Assembly: GCA_964247055.1 (NCBI GenBank)
Contig: OZ176053.1
Coordinates: 868,001-932,000 of the forward strand
Direction: 5' to 3'
Length of the DNA stretch: 64,000 bases
From: Paragordius varius
Taxonomy: Eukaryota > Animalia > Nematomorpha
Positions 1 through 21,599 of this stretch are shown here, in pieces. Made by a program: the position numbers and the translations under genes. The notes beneath the pieces were generated by a model. It did no database searches, had not been told where the DNA came from, and worked only from the letters and a program-made list of their open reading frames with translations. Positions within the stretch are counted from its first letter, which is position 1. Every line of letters begins with the position of its first letter.

Positions 1-262
1 AACTTTTTTGATATAGTATGGATGCACAATTAATGAGATTATTTTTCTAGTTAACTATATTTTCAGACCCCTAATGGTTTTTAATATCGCGAACGAATAT
101 ATGTACTTAAAAGATTTTAAACAACGCTTCTTAGTTCTAAAACTCTACAAACTTTAATTAAACGTAAGGGTCTAAAAAAATATTCGCTTTGCAAAAAACC
201 CTTTTTCCTATCTAAAAACTAATTATTTTACATATTTTACAATTTAATTTAATAAATTTTAG

Positions 263-411
263 TTAACAGTGAAATTGTTCAAGATATGAATGTGAATGAA
301 GGGACCATTTCAAAAACACCTGTTCAAAATTTATCAAATAAATTAGAAAATAATGGCCCCAATAAAACAACTAACGTTTCATCACCAAAACGGCTAAAAA
401 CGGGGGAATAA
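263..411 (+). CDS. Probable terminal exon of an unidentified upstream gene (low-complexity tail ending ..NVSSPKRLKTGE*)
   Basis: Acceptor-like aaattttAG at 261-262, then a 49-codon open frame (xNSEIVQDMNVNEGTISKTPVQNLSNKLENNGPNKTTNVSSPKRLKTGE*) to TAA 409-411, less AT-rich than its flanks. No family motif recognised. Confidence 0.45.
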
Positions 412-1161
412 TTTTGCTATATATATATATATATACATAAAAATTATTATTATTTAGTGTATTAATAAATGTTTTATACATATAACACATTTAATTGACT
501 GAGTAAAATTTATATGTCACACATTTTGATTCAATCAATTATATAGTAAAAATAAAATTATAAGGACAAAACGTAAAAAGTAGGACGAATATTTTTACAC
601 CTTTTCTTTCTTCCAAATAACCTAAATTATCAACACAAATGGTTATGCACGCCGCATTGAAGGCATATATATATATGGGCATTATTACATTTTAATCTTA
701 AGACTGTAAAATGCAAATGTAATATAGCAATTTTTTCTAGTTTCTGCCAATCGGATAGATTACTTAAAAATTTTTTTATTTGGAAATATTGTAATGAAAT
801 TTTATAAGCATATTTTTGAGAATTATGGATTTACAGATTTTTCGCAGGCCGCACATAGAGTCTAGGAGGGCCGTGTGTGTTGTACACCCCTGATAAATGA
901 TAACAATTAACATGCATAAGACATGTGTCCTTATTTTGCGACACAAAGTTTAAAAATTTTATGGTTTATAAAGTATAGTTGTCTATATAAGATAACAGTA
1001 TTTTCTGTATAGATTTCACATTTTTTTCCGTTAACTTTTAATTTTCTTTTTTGTAATGTAATGAATAATGTATGTAAATAGATTGCAATGGTGATTGTTT
1101 TTAGAATCTTTAATTTACATTTTTCGGTTAAAATTTAACAAACTCTATAAATTGCGAGGGA

Positions 1162-1674
1162 CTAATGAGGTTCAGGTTTATGGCCATCGACATAAAAATT
1201 GCGCGTTGCTGGTGGCAACGTGACAGTTAGTCCTTCCAGGTCATGGCTCAGAATGATTTGACAGCTGAGTCGAGAGGTGGGCCGAAGGAATGCAGCTAAA
1301 TCTAACATGTCTTCCTCCGCGTCCTCAGGTGCTGGCAATTTATCAAAGAATTTGGGATCAACGTACACGTGACAGGTAGAACAAGCAAGAGATGCTTCAC
1401 AAGCGCCCTCAATTTCAATTTTGTAACGATGAGCCAAATACATAAGATTATCTCCAACTTTACCTTTCACTTTGTGTTCCGTGCCATTTTTATCGATATA
1501 AGTGACATTTACAATGTCATCCGGTGATTTAGGATCTTGCATTTCATATTCACCTGATAAAAGACGTGATGTAGTGAATAAAAATCTTTTTGGTAAAATA
1601 GTTGATAAGTAAGCATAATTGTACAGAAATGAATAATGTTTCTTTGGTGATAAGTATCGAAAAAATTTAATCAT
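1162..1674 (-). CDS. FDX2: Mitochondrial adrenodoxin-type [2Fe-2S] ferredoxin (FDX2/FDX1L clade), intronless, ~170 aa
   Basis: ORF contains GACEASLACSTCHV and RLSCQ cluster ligands, EEDMLDLA, and the FDX2-type C-terminus NFYVDGHKPEPH. The first in-frame ATG is at 1674 (the track start at 1743 is GTG) and begins an Arg/Lys/Ser-rich, acid-free presequence-like stretch. Confidence 0.95.
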   Translation of the reverse strand: MIKFFRYLSPKKHYSFLYNYAYLSTILPKRFLFTTSRLLSGEYEMQDPKSPDDIVNVTYIDKNGTEHKVKGKVGDNLMYLAHRYKIEIEGACEASLACSTCHVYVDPKFFDKLPAPEDAEEDMLDLAAFLRPTSRLSCQIILSHDLEGLTVTLPPATRNFYVDGHKPEPH

Positions 1675-1795
1675 AAATGTCCATCGGCATATATCCACAC
1701 TCAACTTTTTTGAAATAAAACCAAAAAATAAATGGCAAAACACATGATACTTTGCTAAAATTTATGATAGTAAAATCCATAAAATATGAATTTTA
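1675..1795. promoter_or_regulatory. Putative bidirectional promoter between FDX2 and the upstream TGR exon
   Basis: Only 121 bp separate the divergent ATGs (1674 minus, 1796 plus). Inferred from gene geometry; no specific motif identified. Confidence 0.55.
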
Positions 1796-2061
1796 ATGCT
1801 TACTTTATCCACAAAACATTATTTTTACCATACCCTTTCATTACTATCTCGTCGCAAAAATTTATTGGCAACATCCCATTATAACATTACGAAAAACGAT
1901 AAGTGCAATTACTCAGCATTTAATAATTGTATTATAAATCGTTATCCAGTTTCACCTATAAGTAACCCTTGTGATAAAAATCAGCCATTCATATTACCAT
2001 TTATTAATAATCAAAATTTATCCAACAACTCTGCAAGAAAGTTTGTTTCCATAGCTAAAAG
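1796..2061 (+). CDS. TGR: Upstream TGR exon encoding a putative mitochondrial targeting presequence
   Basis: ATG 1796, 88 codons + AG, donor GTATAT at 2062; acceptor tttaaAG at 2151-2152 gives AG|T GCA ATC ATG, in frame with ATG 2160. Peptide MLTLSTKHYFYHTLSLLSRRKNLLATS..SARKFVSIAK is basic/hydroxylated with only two Asp and no Glu. Confidence 0.75.
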
Positions 2062-2159
2062 GTATATATATCTTTTAATACATAAATTTTAAAACATATT
2101 TGGCATTGACCTCAAAAAAGTAATTTTTAAAACTTTTCATTTCCTTTTAAAGTGCAATC

Positions 2160-12537
<10,378 letters not shown>

Positions 12538-12744
12538 AGATACTGAACTTTTTCCTTTTTCTTGTAAAATCTAAAGTCTCCATATTTTATCTGTAAAAAT
12601 ATTTAGTGTTGCTCAATAACTTGTAATTTAGTTCATAATAATTATTTAATAATTTTTTAGTTTTTTTATTTTAAATTCAAAAATACAAGAAAAAGGAAAT
12701 TGTTTTGTGTAATCTTTTACCCTTAGCACTCTGAAACCTCCAAA

Positions 12745-12828
12745 AAAAAGAAAATCTCACTTTATGAAGATAAATGATTAAATTGTGTTGTTAATACGAA
12801 TCATTTATTGGAAACATATTTTCTTTTT
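12745..12828 (+). promoter_or_regulatory. Type II SECIS element in the TGR 3' UTR
   Basis: Helix I AAAAAGAAAAT (12745-55) pairs with ATTTTCTTTTT (12818-28); core ATGAA (12764-68) opposite GGAA (12810-13); helix II GATAAATGATT (12769-79) pairs with AATCATTTATT (12799-809); unpaired AAA (12780-82); apical mini-stem TGTGTT/AATACG with a GTT loop. Confidence 0.9.
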
Positions 12829-13491
12829 GTTATTTGGTTTATGAGAGAAAGAACATTGAATATTAATACTATTCTATACTATACTAGCTAATTTACTTAT
12901 ATTTATATATGCTGACAAAATTTAGTTAGTTATCCTATTATATTGAAATATATGCCATAACTCTCCATACTATAAATAATAATGCATCGAACCATTTTTG
13001 TTATTATATCAATTATAAATAATAGAATAAATAAATGGAAAAATTGGACTCATCATACATTATGGGATTTAGAAAATTTTTGTTATAATTAAACTAAGAA
13101 TTAAGTGTTTTAAACTGATGTTCCTAAAAAATATTTTTGTTATTTGTTTTCCAATTCATTAAATTGAATTCAAATAATAATTTTTAAGATTATAAAATGA
13201 GCAGTGACCTGTACAAAAATATTTTTTATTTGAGGCATAATGTGGTATTTTTTTTGACTGATTCTTATGGAATCCTGAAAAAAAGGATATAAATTTTTTA
13301 AACAACCCGTAAAATAAAAAAACCACAACTGAGTTTAGATTTTGGGGGAATATTGTATACTTTATATACTAGAATTTTCAAGCGTAAGTAAATATAAATT
13401 AATATGGGATTTAAATTCAGCAAACATTTAAATTTAAAGCATCAATTTTCGATTACTACAGGTGATCTTTGTCGAATTAAATAATAAACTA

Positions 13492-13730
13492 CAGTAAAAT
13501 GAAAATTATACGGACAAAACGCATAAATAAAAGACAAATATTTTTTTTTAAAGAATACTTTTTAAAACCTTAATGTCCCCATATAAGATACTTAGTTACA
13601 ATTGTAAAATATAATATTAATTGTGGTAATATATTATGTAATAAATCAAGATAAAAGTATAATTGTCTTTTAGAAAAAAATATTTGTCTTTATATTTTTG
13701 CGTTTTTCGGTATAATTTTAGTTTTTACTG
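13492..13730. mobile_element. MITE family A copy with both termini intact and TA target duplication
   Basis: TA|CAGTAAAATGAAAATTATACGGAC..GGTATAATTTTAGTTTTTACTG|TA. CAGT termini with a TA TSD are typical of Tc1/mariner-pogo elements. No transposase ORF. Confidence 0.85.
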
Positions 13731-14288
13731 TAAAAATATAATAAATTAGAAATAAAATTAAAAATACATATATTTTATTATATAATAATTTAGAAAAAGA
13801 ATTTATTGGCAGATGGCATTTACGGTAAAAAAGGATTTGGTATGCACCAAATTTCAAAGGCTATTATGCTTGTTTTATATGTAATATTTGACTGATAATT
13901 CATTAAAAACTAGCTAGAAATGTATAATAAAATATTCACACTGTAATATTGATTTTAATTGACATAAGATAAATTTTCCATTTAACCAAATCACAATTAA
14001 AAGAAACCTTTAGGCAAAAATCTTTAGAGAATCCTTATAACACGCTTTTACTATGTTTATTATATCTGTTAAAGAAGAGATTAACCTAACTTAATTTCTC
14101 AAATTAAAAAGGTATTAAATTAACATAAATCAATCTTTTTAGCGAATTAATTATATCTATAGATTAAATAAATTTCCACATTTAAAGCCAAAACATGCGA
14201 TAATTATATCTTCAGATAATAGAATTTAAACGATCCTAAAGCTACCATATATCAAAATGAATCAGTTGTGAAAAAAAGTATTATATTA

Positions 14289-14565
14289 CAGTAAAAATTG
14301 AAATTATACGGACAAAACCTTAAAATTATAAAGACAAAATTTTTATTTCAAATGACAACCCGATATATTTTTTATAACTTAATTTATCCTATAAAAATCA
14401 TTTAATCACAATCGTACAAATCATAATTGATTGTGTTTTTCCAATGTACATTTCTAAGTCATACTTTACAGTTATTAAGATTTATAATGTATGGGGTTGC
14501 CCTTTAGGAAAAAATATTTGTCTTTATATTATTACATTTTGTCCGTATAATTTTAATTTTTACTA
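14289..14565. mobile_element. MITE family A copy
   Basis: TA|CAGTAAAAATTGAAATTATACGGACAAAACC..TTTTGTCCGTATAATTTTAATTTTTACTA. Confidence 0.75.
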
Positions 14566-15285
14566 TAATTCCATTTTTCATAGAAATTTGGAAGGTATGG
14601 AAAAGAAAATTAAAAATATACTAAATTTAGACATAACTTTTCATGCATTGAAGCACAATAATAACTAATACCACAAATTTCAAAATTTTAATAAAAAAAA
14701 TTATTACAATCTAAATTACTACGAACCATGGAAATATTTTAATTTAGTTGATATATTATTTAATTATATTTTGTACTATTTTATGAAATACCTTTTTAAT
14801 GATTAAATTTTAAATGAGTTTGATTGTAAATTTTTAGAAACCCAATGGTAATAATATTATATTTTGGTTGGATTTATCATTAAATACAATTTCTATATTA
14901 ATATTTTATTATTATTTCCAATTTTAAAATTTAATGTTAATCTATCTATAACATTCACCTCTATTTTGCAAAAACCGTAAAATATTAATTCTTCAAGAAC
15001 AAAAAACGGGATGACAAAGCATTTCTTTTATCTTAAGTTATTTATCATCTCTTGCTCTCATTTTTACATATAAAATAATTAATCTAAATTGGAAATAAAG
15101 ACTAATCTCCTGTCTACGGAAGATACCATCTTATTAAAAAAGATATATTATTAATAAAAATATAAACATTTAATATTAAATTTTTTGGTGACACCAATTA
15201 AAAAATTTTGTATGCTCGCTTGAAAATCGTAGCGCATTCATTTTAAAGTGTTTCGCAAAAAAGGGAAGGCAGGTAATGTAATGCA

Positions 15286-16524
15286 ATGAAGTTACAAAAA
15301 CCGACAATCCTCATATACGGAGACAATGAAAATGTAAATGCAAAAATTATTCATGCCTTAGCTATTGTATTTGTGTTTGGTGTGATTGGGAACATTGTTA
15401 TATTGGCCATTGTTTTGAGCGAAAAACACGGCACAATAAATGATTCTCGGCGTAAATTCCGCCATTGTATCGTCTACATTGCAAGTTTATCCATCACACT
15501 TTTTTGTTTTATGCTCACTTGGGTCAATCACGATATGAAAAGACCGCAAAAAACGCATTCCCTCAGATCGGCATATTGGTTTGCTCATGTGGATTGGTTT
15601 GTGGAGGACATTTTACTAACCATTATAAATTATGTGTTATGTTACATGGCAATTGATCGAATGTTGGCTACGGTTAAGCCGGTGTTTTATCTCAATTACA
15701 TGACGGTGAAAACGTTAAATATTGTCATTGCTTGCATATTTGTCGGGAGTGTCACCATGTCGATTCCTCTCATTTTTTATTACCAAGTTTTTCGAATCTT
15801 CATAAGTCCTGTAACACTCCGCATTGAATACTTGGTAGGTTTAAGTCCCAAAGTATGGACATCAGCCCAATCGAAAACTGTAATGTCTCTCCTACCAAAG
15901 GGTCCGGAAACAGCATTTTATTTTTCTAATGATTTCTTCACGAATGCCACAACAATGAACAATCAAAGCAGCGTTCATTATATTAGACAATATATGGTGC
16001 TCGCTAACAATAACGTAGCTCACTTTTCCCTTGTGTACGATCGCTGGTCTGGCGTCATAAATGATTTAGTTCCTACTCTTATATTAATCACATGTAATTT
16101 AGTTACACTTTTTGGCTTGTGTCGTCGATTTAGGAGACAAAAAAACCGTATACTAGCTTCAGGCATGTTACCTAATCAACAACACAGCATTATTGTGTTT
16201 AACGTGGGCAATTCACCAACTTCGATGGAGACCGCACAAGATAACACAACTGAAAGCAAAATTCAATCAATCCGCACTAAAAACCGAGATTTAACTCTAA
16301 TGACCCTAGTTTTAAGTCTGACTGCCCTTATATTTTCAACACCATGGACCATTTACGTATTCATGAAGAATAAGGCTTGGACCGACGGGCTTATAGATGA
16401 ACGTCCCTACCTGCAATTCCTAGTTTATGTAATGTTATATGGTCAATACAGTATCTATCCCTACATTATTATATCAACTACACCCCATTTCAGGCATAAG
16501 ATTGCACAAACGCTACATATATAA
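15286..16524 (+). CDS. Intronless orphan class A (rhodopsin-like) 7TM receptor, 412 aa, divergent invertebrate peptide/chemoreceptor type
   Basis: Seven hydrophobic segments; TM1 GVIGNIVIL, TM3 MAIDRMLATVKP (DRY-like), TM4 SIP, TM5 DLVPTLILITCN, TM6 IFSTPW, TM7 SIYPYIII and an amphipathic helix 8 (PHFRHKIAQTL). Confidence 0.88.
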   Translation: MKLQKPTILIYGDNENVNAKIIHALAIVFVFGVIGNIVILAIVLSEKHGTINDSRRKFRHCIVYIASLSITLFCFMLTWVNHDMKRPQKTHSLRSAYWFAHVDWFVEDILLTIINYVLCYMAIDRMLATVKPVFYLNYMTVKTLNIVIACIFVGSVTMSIPLIFYYQVFRIFISPVTLRIEYLVGLSPKVWTSAQSKTVMSLLPKGPETAFYFSNDFFTNATTMNNQSSVHYIRQYMVLANNNVAHFSLVYDRWSGVINDLVPTLILITCNLVTLFGLCRRFRRQKNRILASGMLPNQQHSIIVFNVGNSPTSMETAQDNTTESKIQSIRTKNRDLTLMTLVLSLTALIFSTPWTIYVFMKNKAWTDGLIDERPYLQFLVYVMLYGQYSIYPYIIISTTPHFRHKIAQTLHI

Positions 16525-17043
16525 CGTAAATCATACGGACAAAACGTAAAATGTAAAAGACAAATGTTTTTTTTAAACAAAACAACCTCACTGTTTTAAT
16601 CCTTGTTTTTATACATAACCTAATTGATGATAATTGTAAAATTTACATCTTGCCGCCCAAAAAAGTTTTTTTTTATAAAATATGGTTTAAAAATGTATGG
16701 ATGTTTTTATAAAAAACTATCTTTTTTACGTTTTATCTTTAAAATTTTGATTAATCGAAAAATAGCGAACCAAGATATTAAATATGGTTTTTAAATCGTG
16801 TAATAATTATCCTGTAATTTTTTACAACAAGTTTTACTAATTATTTGCAAAACACTGCACACAAAAACTAATATATAAGACACATCAGACATTTATGGTT
16901 CTACACAATTTCTAAAATTTATTCGGTATTTTTGAAAATCTACTGTTTTTGGTAATTTTACATTTTTTCATAAGCATTTAACAAAGTTGAAGCGTTGAAA
17001 GTTGGATGAAAGTTAAATAATTACATAATTTCTGGAAAAAAAA

Positions 17044-20000
17044 TCATTTCCTAAAATATGACAAGGTGTATCTCACGGTGACAGGAAATTGACTGTAAAG
17101 TCTTTTAACCTAAATATATAACATAAATTAAATATTAAATATTCCGTTTTTATTAATTATTTGATATAAGAAAAAAAATTTACTCCAATTTTAAGTGGTT
17201 TCGTTAAAAGATTAGCGGTTACAGAAAACATATCATTCCCGTAAGCATAAATAACTTCACCCTTGAAACCGGGTTGAATAGGTTTCCCATCAAACTCAAT
17301 ATCTACATAAATGATAAAATAAATACAGTAAAAATTGAAATTATAATATGGACAAAATGTAACAATATAAAGACAAATATCTTTTTTCTAAAAGACAACC
17401 ATACTTTTTAATACCTTAATTTTTTATTTAAAATATATAATTACCACTGTAAAATATATAATTAAACCAAAATACATCTCAAATCAAATTTAAACCATAA
17501 TATAAATTTAAAAAAACAAGTCCTTAAAAAAAATATATTTGTTTTATAATTTTTGCGTTTTGTTTGTATATTCCTATTTTTACTGTATTTGTGGCAAATT
17601 TAGATAATCATTTAAAGCACATTAAGGTTCTTTAAGTTTTTTATCATTTTATTTTAATCGAATGTTAGTTTAGCATATCTTATATTTTTGAACAGTTAGA
17701 GATATTTTTAAAATTTGCCTTAACAATTTGCGACAATTTTCTGGCTTAGATTGAATTTAAATATAAATATATCAAAAGTATACCTATTTTTTAATTTAAT
17801 TTTTTTCTAAATTCGAGGTAAAGAAGTATGGCCGCTCTTACTCGTTATGATTTGTCTTTTTACCTTTAATTTTTACTGTAAATTATAGCTTGTCAGCTGT
17901 TTATAGCAGAGATGGTCAAAACAAATGGCTTTTATGGGCCGCATTTTTTTATTATATCTGGGCATTTATTACATATTTTATTGAATTTCAAACATAAGAG
18001 TATAAGAAAAACATAATTTTTATAGTTAGTTGCCGATTAGAAAAACATATTTAGATTTTGTAAAAAAATTTTTTTTTTACTAATTACGATATTTTTGTTA
18101 AACATCCTATTTGCAATACCCTTATCCTTACAAGTTTAAACTTGAACAAGTCAACAATTAAGATTAAATTTATACAATTAAATAAATAACATAATTATCA
18201 TATCTTATACGGGGATAGTATTTGGGAATTTCTCCAAAGCTATCTTGATGTTTTTCAGCAGGAGCATGCCACGATATAAAGGAATCTCCTGGTTTAAGTT
18301 CTGCCAATATCTTTACCACTTCTAAAAATACATTATATAAATTGAGATATTATACAGACAAAACGTAAAAACTAAAAGGCAACCACAGTTGTCAAACCTT
18401 GATTCTATTAAATATAACTCAAATAGATAGAAATGTCTCTCATTTGTACATGTGAGAAAGATCAAAATTCACAAAAGTATGATTGCCTTTTGTTTTTTTT
18501 AAAAAAAATGGTTTTTTTAGATTTTAAATTTATATGTGTCTAATTTCAATTTTTACTGTAAAATAGTATACAGTCCCAAATCGGGATATACGCCGTAAAG
18601 CCAATTAAAAAGTAATTTACAAATTTAAAGATGAGAAACACCCTAATTCCATGTCTTATTGGGCAGGGAAGGTTAAAGTTTTCATTCTTATGGTAAAGCA
18701 ATTTAAGTCTAAACAAAAGAGTCAAAAATCAAAATTTTTTATAAATTTATTTATAAAAACAAGGTATGAAAACGTGAAAAAAAAGTTTCTACTTTATATT
18801 ATTACTAAAATATGATTTTTTTCAACAGATTTTTAAAATATAACCTTTTCTTTAATGGTACTAACTAATGAAAAAACATGTAGAATGGTAACAAACTCAA
18901 TTTAAAAATTCACGTCTGTAATCTTATAGGTTGTGGTTATAATGAACAAGGTATTTATTTATCTTAAAAGAAATTTTTGTTTTTCTTTATAAGGAATACT
19001 TGTGTCTGATTTCTCTAAAACAAGCTCTTCCGTAACTTGAACTTTTTCACAAGTGTCGTTTTTTCCCCCACAAACACCACACCCATCTACTACCAATTCC
19101 GAAAATAATTGGTCATCGCATCCAATACTCTAAAACATATTTTTAGTATATCACACAGTAAAAAATGAAAATACAGACAATATGTAAAAAAATATATTTT
19201 TTGAAACTTGATTTTTTTTCTTCTTAATTACAGTAAGAATCGAAATTTAATATGGACAAAAGGTAAAAACATAAAGACAAATCTTTTTTCAGACGACAAT
19301 AACCAAACTTTTTTAACCTTGATTTTTTTTCTATTTAAATTTTTTAATTACATAAAATATGTAATTGATTGTGTTAGCAATTTACATTCTATATCCTACT
19401 ATTTGGAATACTCATATAAGGTATCTAGGGACCCCAGACATATTTAGGTTAATATTTCAAAATTTACTGAAAGATACGGTTCTAATTTAAATTTATACGT
19501 CTATCCTAATAAAAATTATATAAAAACACCAAAATATTTTAAAAAATTTAGTTTTAAATAGAGTTCCATATCAAACTACTTCAGCACCATTTTTATTTTA
19601 TAACACTTTGCAGAATATCGTGTAAAATAAGTAATATCACGTTTTTTTTTAATTGAATCGTTTTATATATTTAAAAGCCTTCATCTTATATAAGTGCAAA
19701 CTTTTGCAATTTTTTAAATTTGCTCCATATTAGAAATATTTGCTTTTAAACAGACCTGGGTCCCCCAGTGTTGTATCCAAGTGTTAAATAATGAGCTTTA
19801 TAAAAAAACATCAATTGTTTAAAAAGTATAGCAGCAGTCTTTTAAATAAAATATTTGTCTTTATGGTTTTACGTTTCGTCTGTATAAAATTCCAATTTTT
19901 ACTTTTATGTAAATTTTTTTATTACACTAAATTATATACAATTGGCTGGCCATTTAAACAAATATATCGTCGATTATTTTCCTGCAAAAAGGTTCCGTCC

Positions 20001-21313
20001 GAAGCCATTCTTTCGTACAAAACTTCGTTTTGATAATTTTCACAGTAAACCATACATTGTGTTGAACCTAAAAAGTGTATAAATTAATGGTTTATATTAT
20101 ATGATAAAAAAATGTTTTGAGACAACAATATAAAACTATATATATTTTGAGTGATGTTTCAAATAAAATGTCTTTAAACAAAGGAGAATTTTTACAAGAT
20201 ACAAACGTAAAAATAGGTTTCCATTGTCAGTTATTTTATACATTGAAAAAGACATTGTTTAAATCTAAGTTTAATTTTGATTTTCCATTTCATACCAATA
20301 AACTCTGAATATTATTTAAAGCATATCACAGATATTTTGAAGATAATTTCATATTAAATTAATTTTTTTATAAAATTCACCTTTGTAATTTAGAGTTCTT
20401 ACCACAAATGCAGTTGTGTTAAAATAAAAAATTAAATTTAAATAAATTTTAATGCCCTTATGCACATATTTACGACCAGAAAAATATACCTTACATAAAA
20501 TCAAAACCAGTTTCGGTTCTGAAAATAAATATACAATTATCAAAAAAAATAATTTAAACTAAATAAAGTTACGATTACTTTTAGGATCATATCTTATCTT
20601 TCGGTTTTGACGACATATTTCATCCATTGATAAATCACGCGTCTAAAAAGGAAATAAGAAATTATCCACCAAAAAATTACAATATATTGTAATAAAATAT
20701 TGAATTATACTTTTGGATTCTTGCAGAGTTTGGTTTGAATTCCGTTTCCAATGCAAGGATGGACCCCGTATGTGCTAAAATAATAAACATATTTGCAGTA
20801 AAAATTGAATTTATACAGACAAAAAGTTAAATGTACAAACTACTTTTTTTGGAAAAGACAACCCTACTTTTATACACCCTGATTTTTTGTGAATAAATTA
20901 TTAGAATATAAAATATATAATTAATGTCATATTTGATAAAAAGTTGAAAAAGTAGAGCGCTTTTTTGAAAAAATATTTGTCTTTATAATTTTACGTTATG
21001 TCGTATACTTTCATTTTTATACTATACATTTACCAATATAATTACTATTGATATAAAAATGTTACATTTAATACTAATACGCTGAGACAAAAATATTAGA
21101 TTAAAATTATTTAAAATAAATATAATTTTGCAAAATATTAGGTCTATAGTAATATAAAGGTTTAGTAATTTACTCTGCTATACAATTCCTCGTTCTCTCA
21201 GTAATGCCATATTGAGTGTCGCCTTTGCAAGGGGTCCATTCACTCCAATTATCCCAACTAGATTTTAGGTTTCTCAATTGTTTAAGAGTCATACATTTCC
21301 CCTTTACGCAAAC
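17044..21313 (-). CDS. ADAMTS-type gene copy 1: open ancillary-domain exons (end of disintegrin-like, TSP1, Cys-rich, spacer)
   Basis: Phase-consistent GT-AG exons on minus: 21313-21174 (VCVKGKC..WDNWSEWTPCKG..ERTRNC), 20774-20711 (TYGVHPCIGNGIQTKLCKNPK), 20642-20579 (TRDLSMDEICRQ), 20067-19940 (QCMVYC..ASDGTF..YICLNGQPI), 19129-19000 (SIGCDD..VDGCGVCGGKNDTC), 18321-18211 (VKILAELKPGDSFISW), 17302-17184, 17109-17044 (VKRLYSQFPVTVRYTLSYFRK*). GCD..DxCGVCGG is the ADAMTS Cys-rich signature. No start codon or signal-peptide exon was located. Confidence 0.88.
17326..17585. mobile_element. MITE family A copy with TA flanks (paralogue at 37320-37577)
   Basis: TA|CAGTAAAAATTGAAATTATA..TATTCCTATTTTTACTG|TA, inside an ADAMTS intron. 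Confidence 0.8.
19425..19783 (-). mobile_element. Older inverted copy of the TTAA-flanked element family (paralogue ~39424-39807)
   Basis: Ends TGTTGTATCCAAGTG|TTAA, the reverse complement of the 22456 left end; ACCCCAGACATATTT..TACTGAAAGATACGGTTCTAATTT matches the reverse complement of ~22930-23010. Confidence 0.7.
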
Positions 21314-21599
21314 CTATTCAAACAAATAATGTTAAAATTAAGGATGACAGTAAAATTTATTTTCGAAATGAGAAACCATACTTTTTTCAACCTTGATTTT
21401 ACGTAAATAAACTATTTAATTGGATTAAACCATTTTGAAACACAAAATGCAGGATATGATTTAATAATATGATTTTCTTTTAGAAAAAAAATTGTCTTAA
21501 GTTTTCATTGTGCAATATAAGAGTTGACATGTCGTCTAAATCAGTAAAATTATATGTCACATAAAATGATATTTTAACATGTTTTACACAAAAAAAATA

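Noticed and set aside
840-892. hAT-like terminal fragments (..GGGCCGTGTGTGTTGTACACCCCTG here; CAGGGCTGTCCAAC at ~7885)
   Set aside because: Short solitary ends without a matched partner or TSD; too weak to call as elements.
1675-1743. N-terminal 23 codons of the FDX2 ORF in the track
   Set aside because: The track start is GTG; the first in-frame ATG is at 1674 and gives a sensible presequence.
18630-18708. Candidate extra ADAMTS exon (minus, LKLLYHKNENFNLPCPIRHGIR)
   Set aside because: Phase-incompatible with its neighbours (the compatible frame hits TAA), and 19000/18321 splice directly in frame.
21480-21536. TTCQLLYC disintegrin-like exon start on minus
   Set aside because: Suggestive of the CxxLWC motif, but it overlaps a degenerate MITE arm and is followed by stops in both copies; cannot separate relic exon from coincidence.
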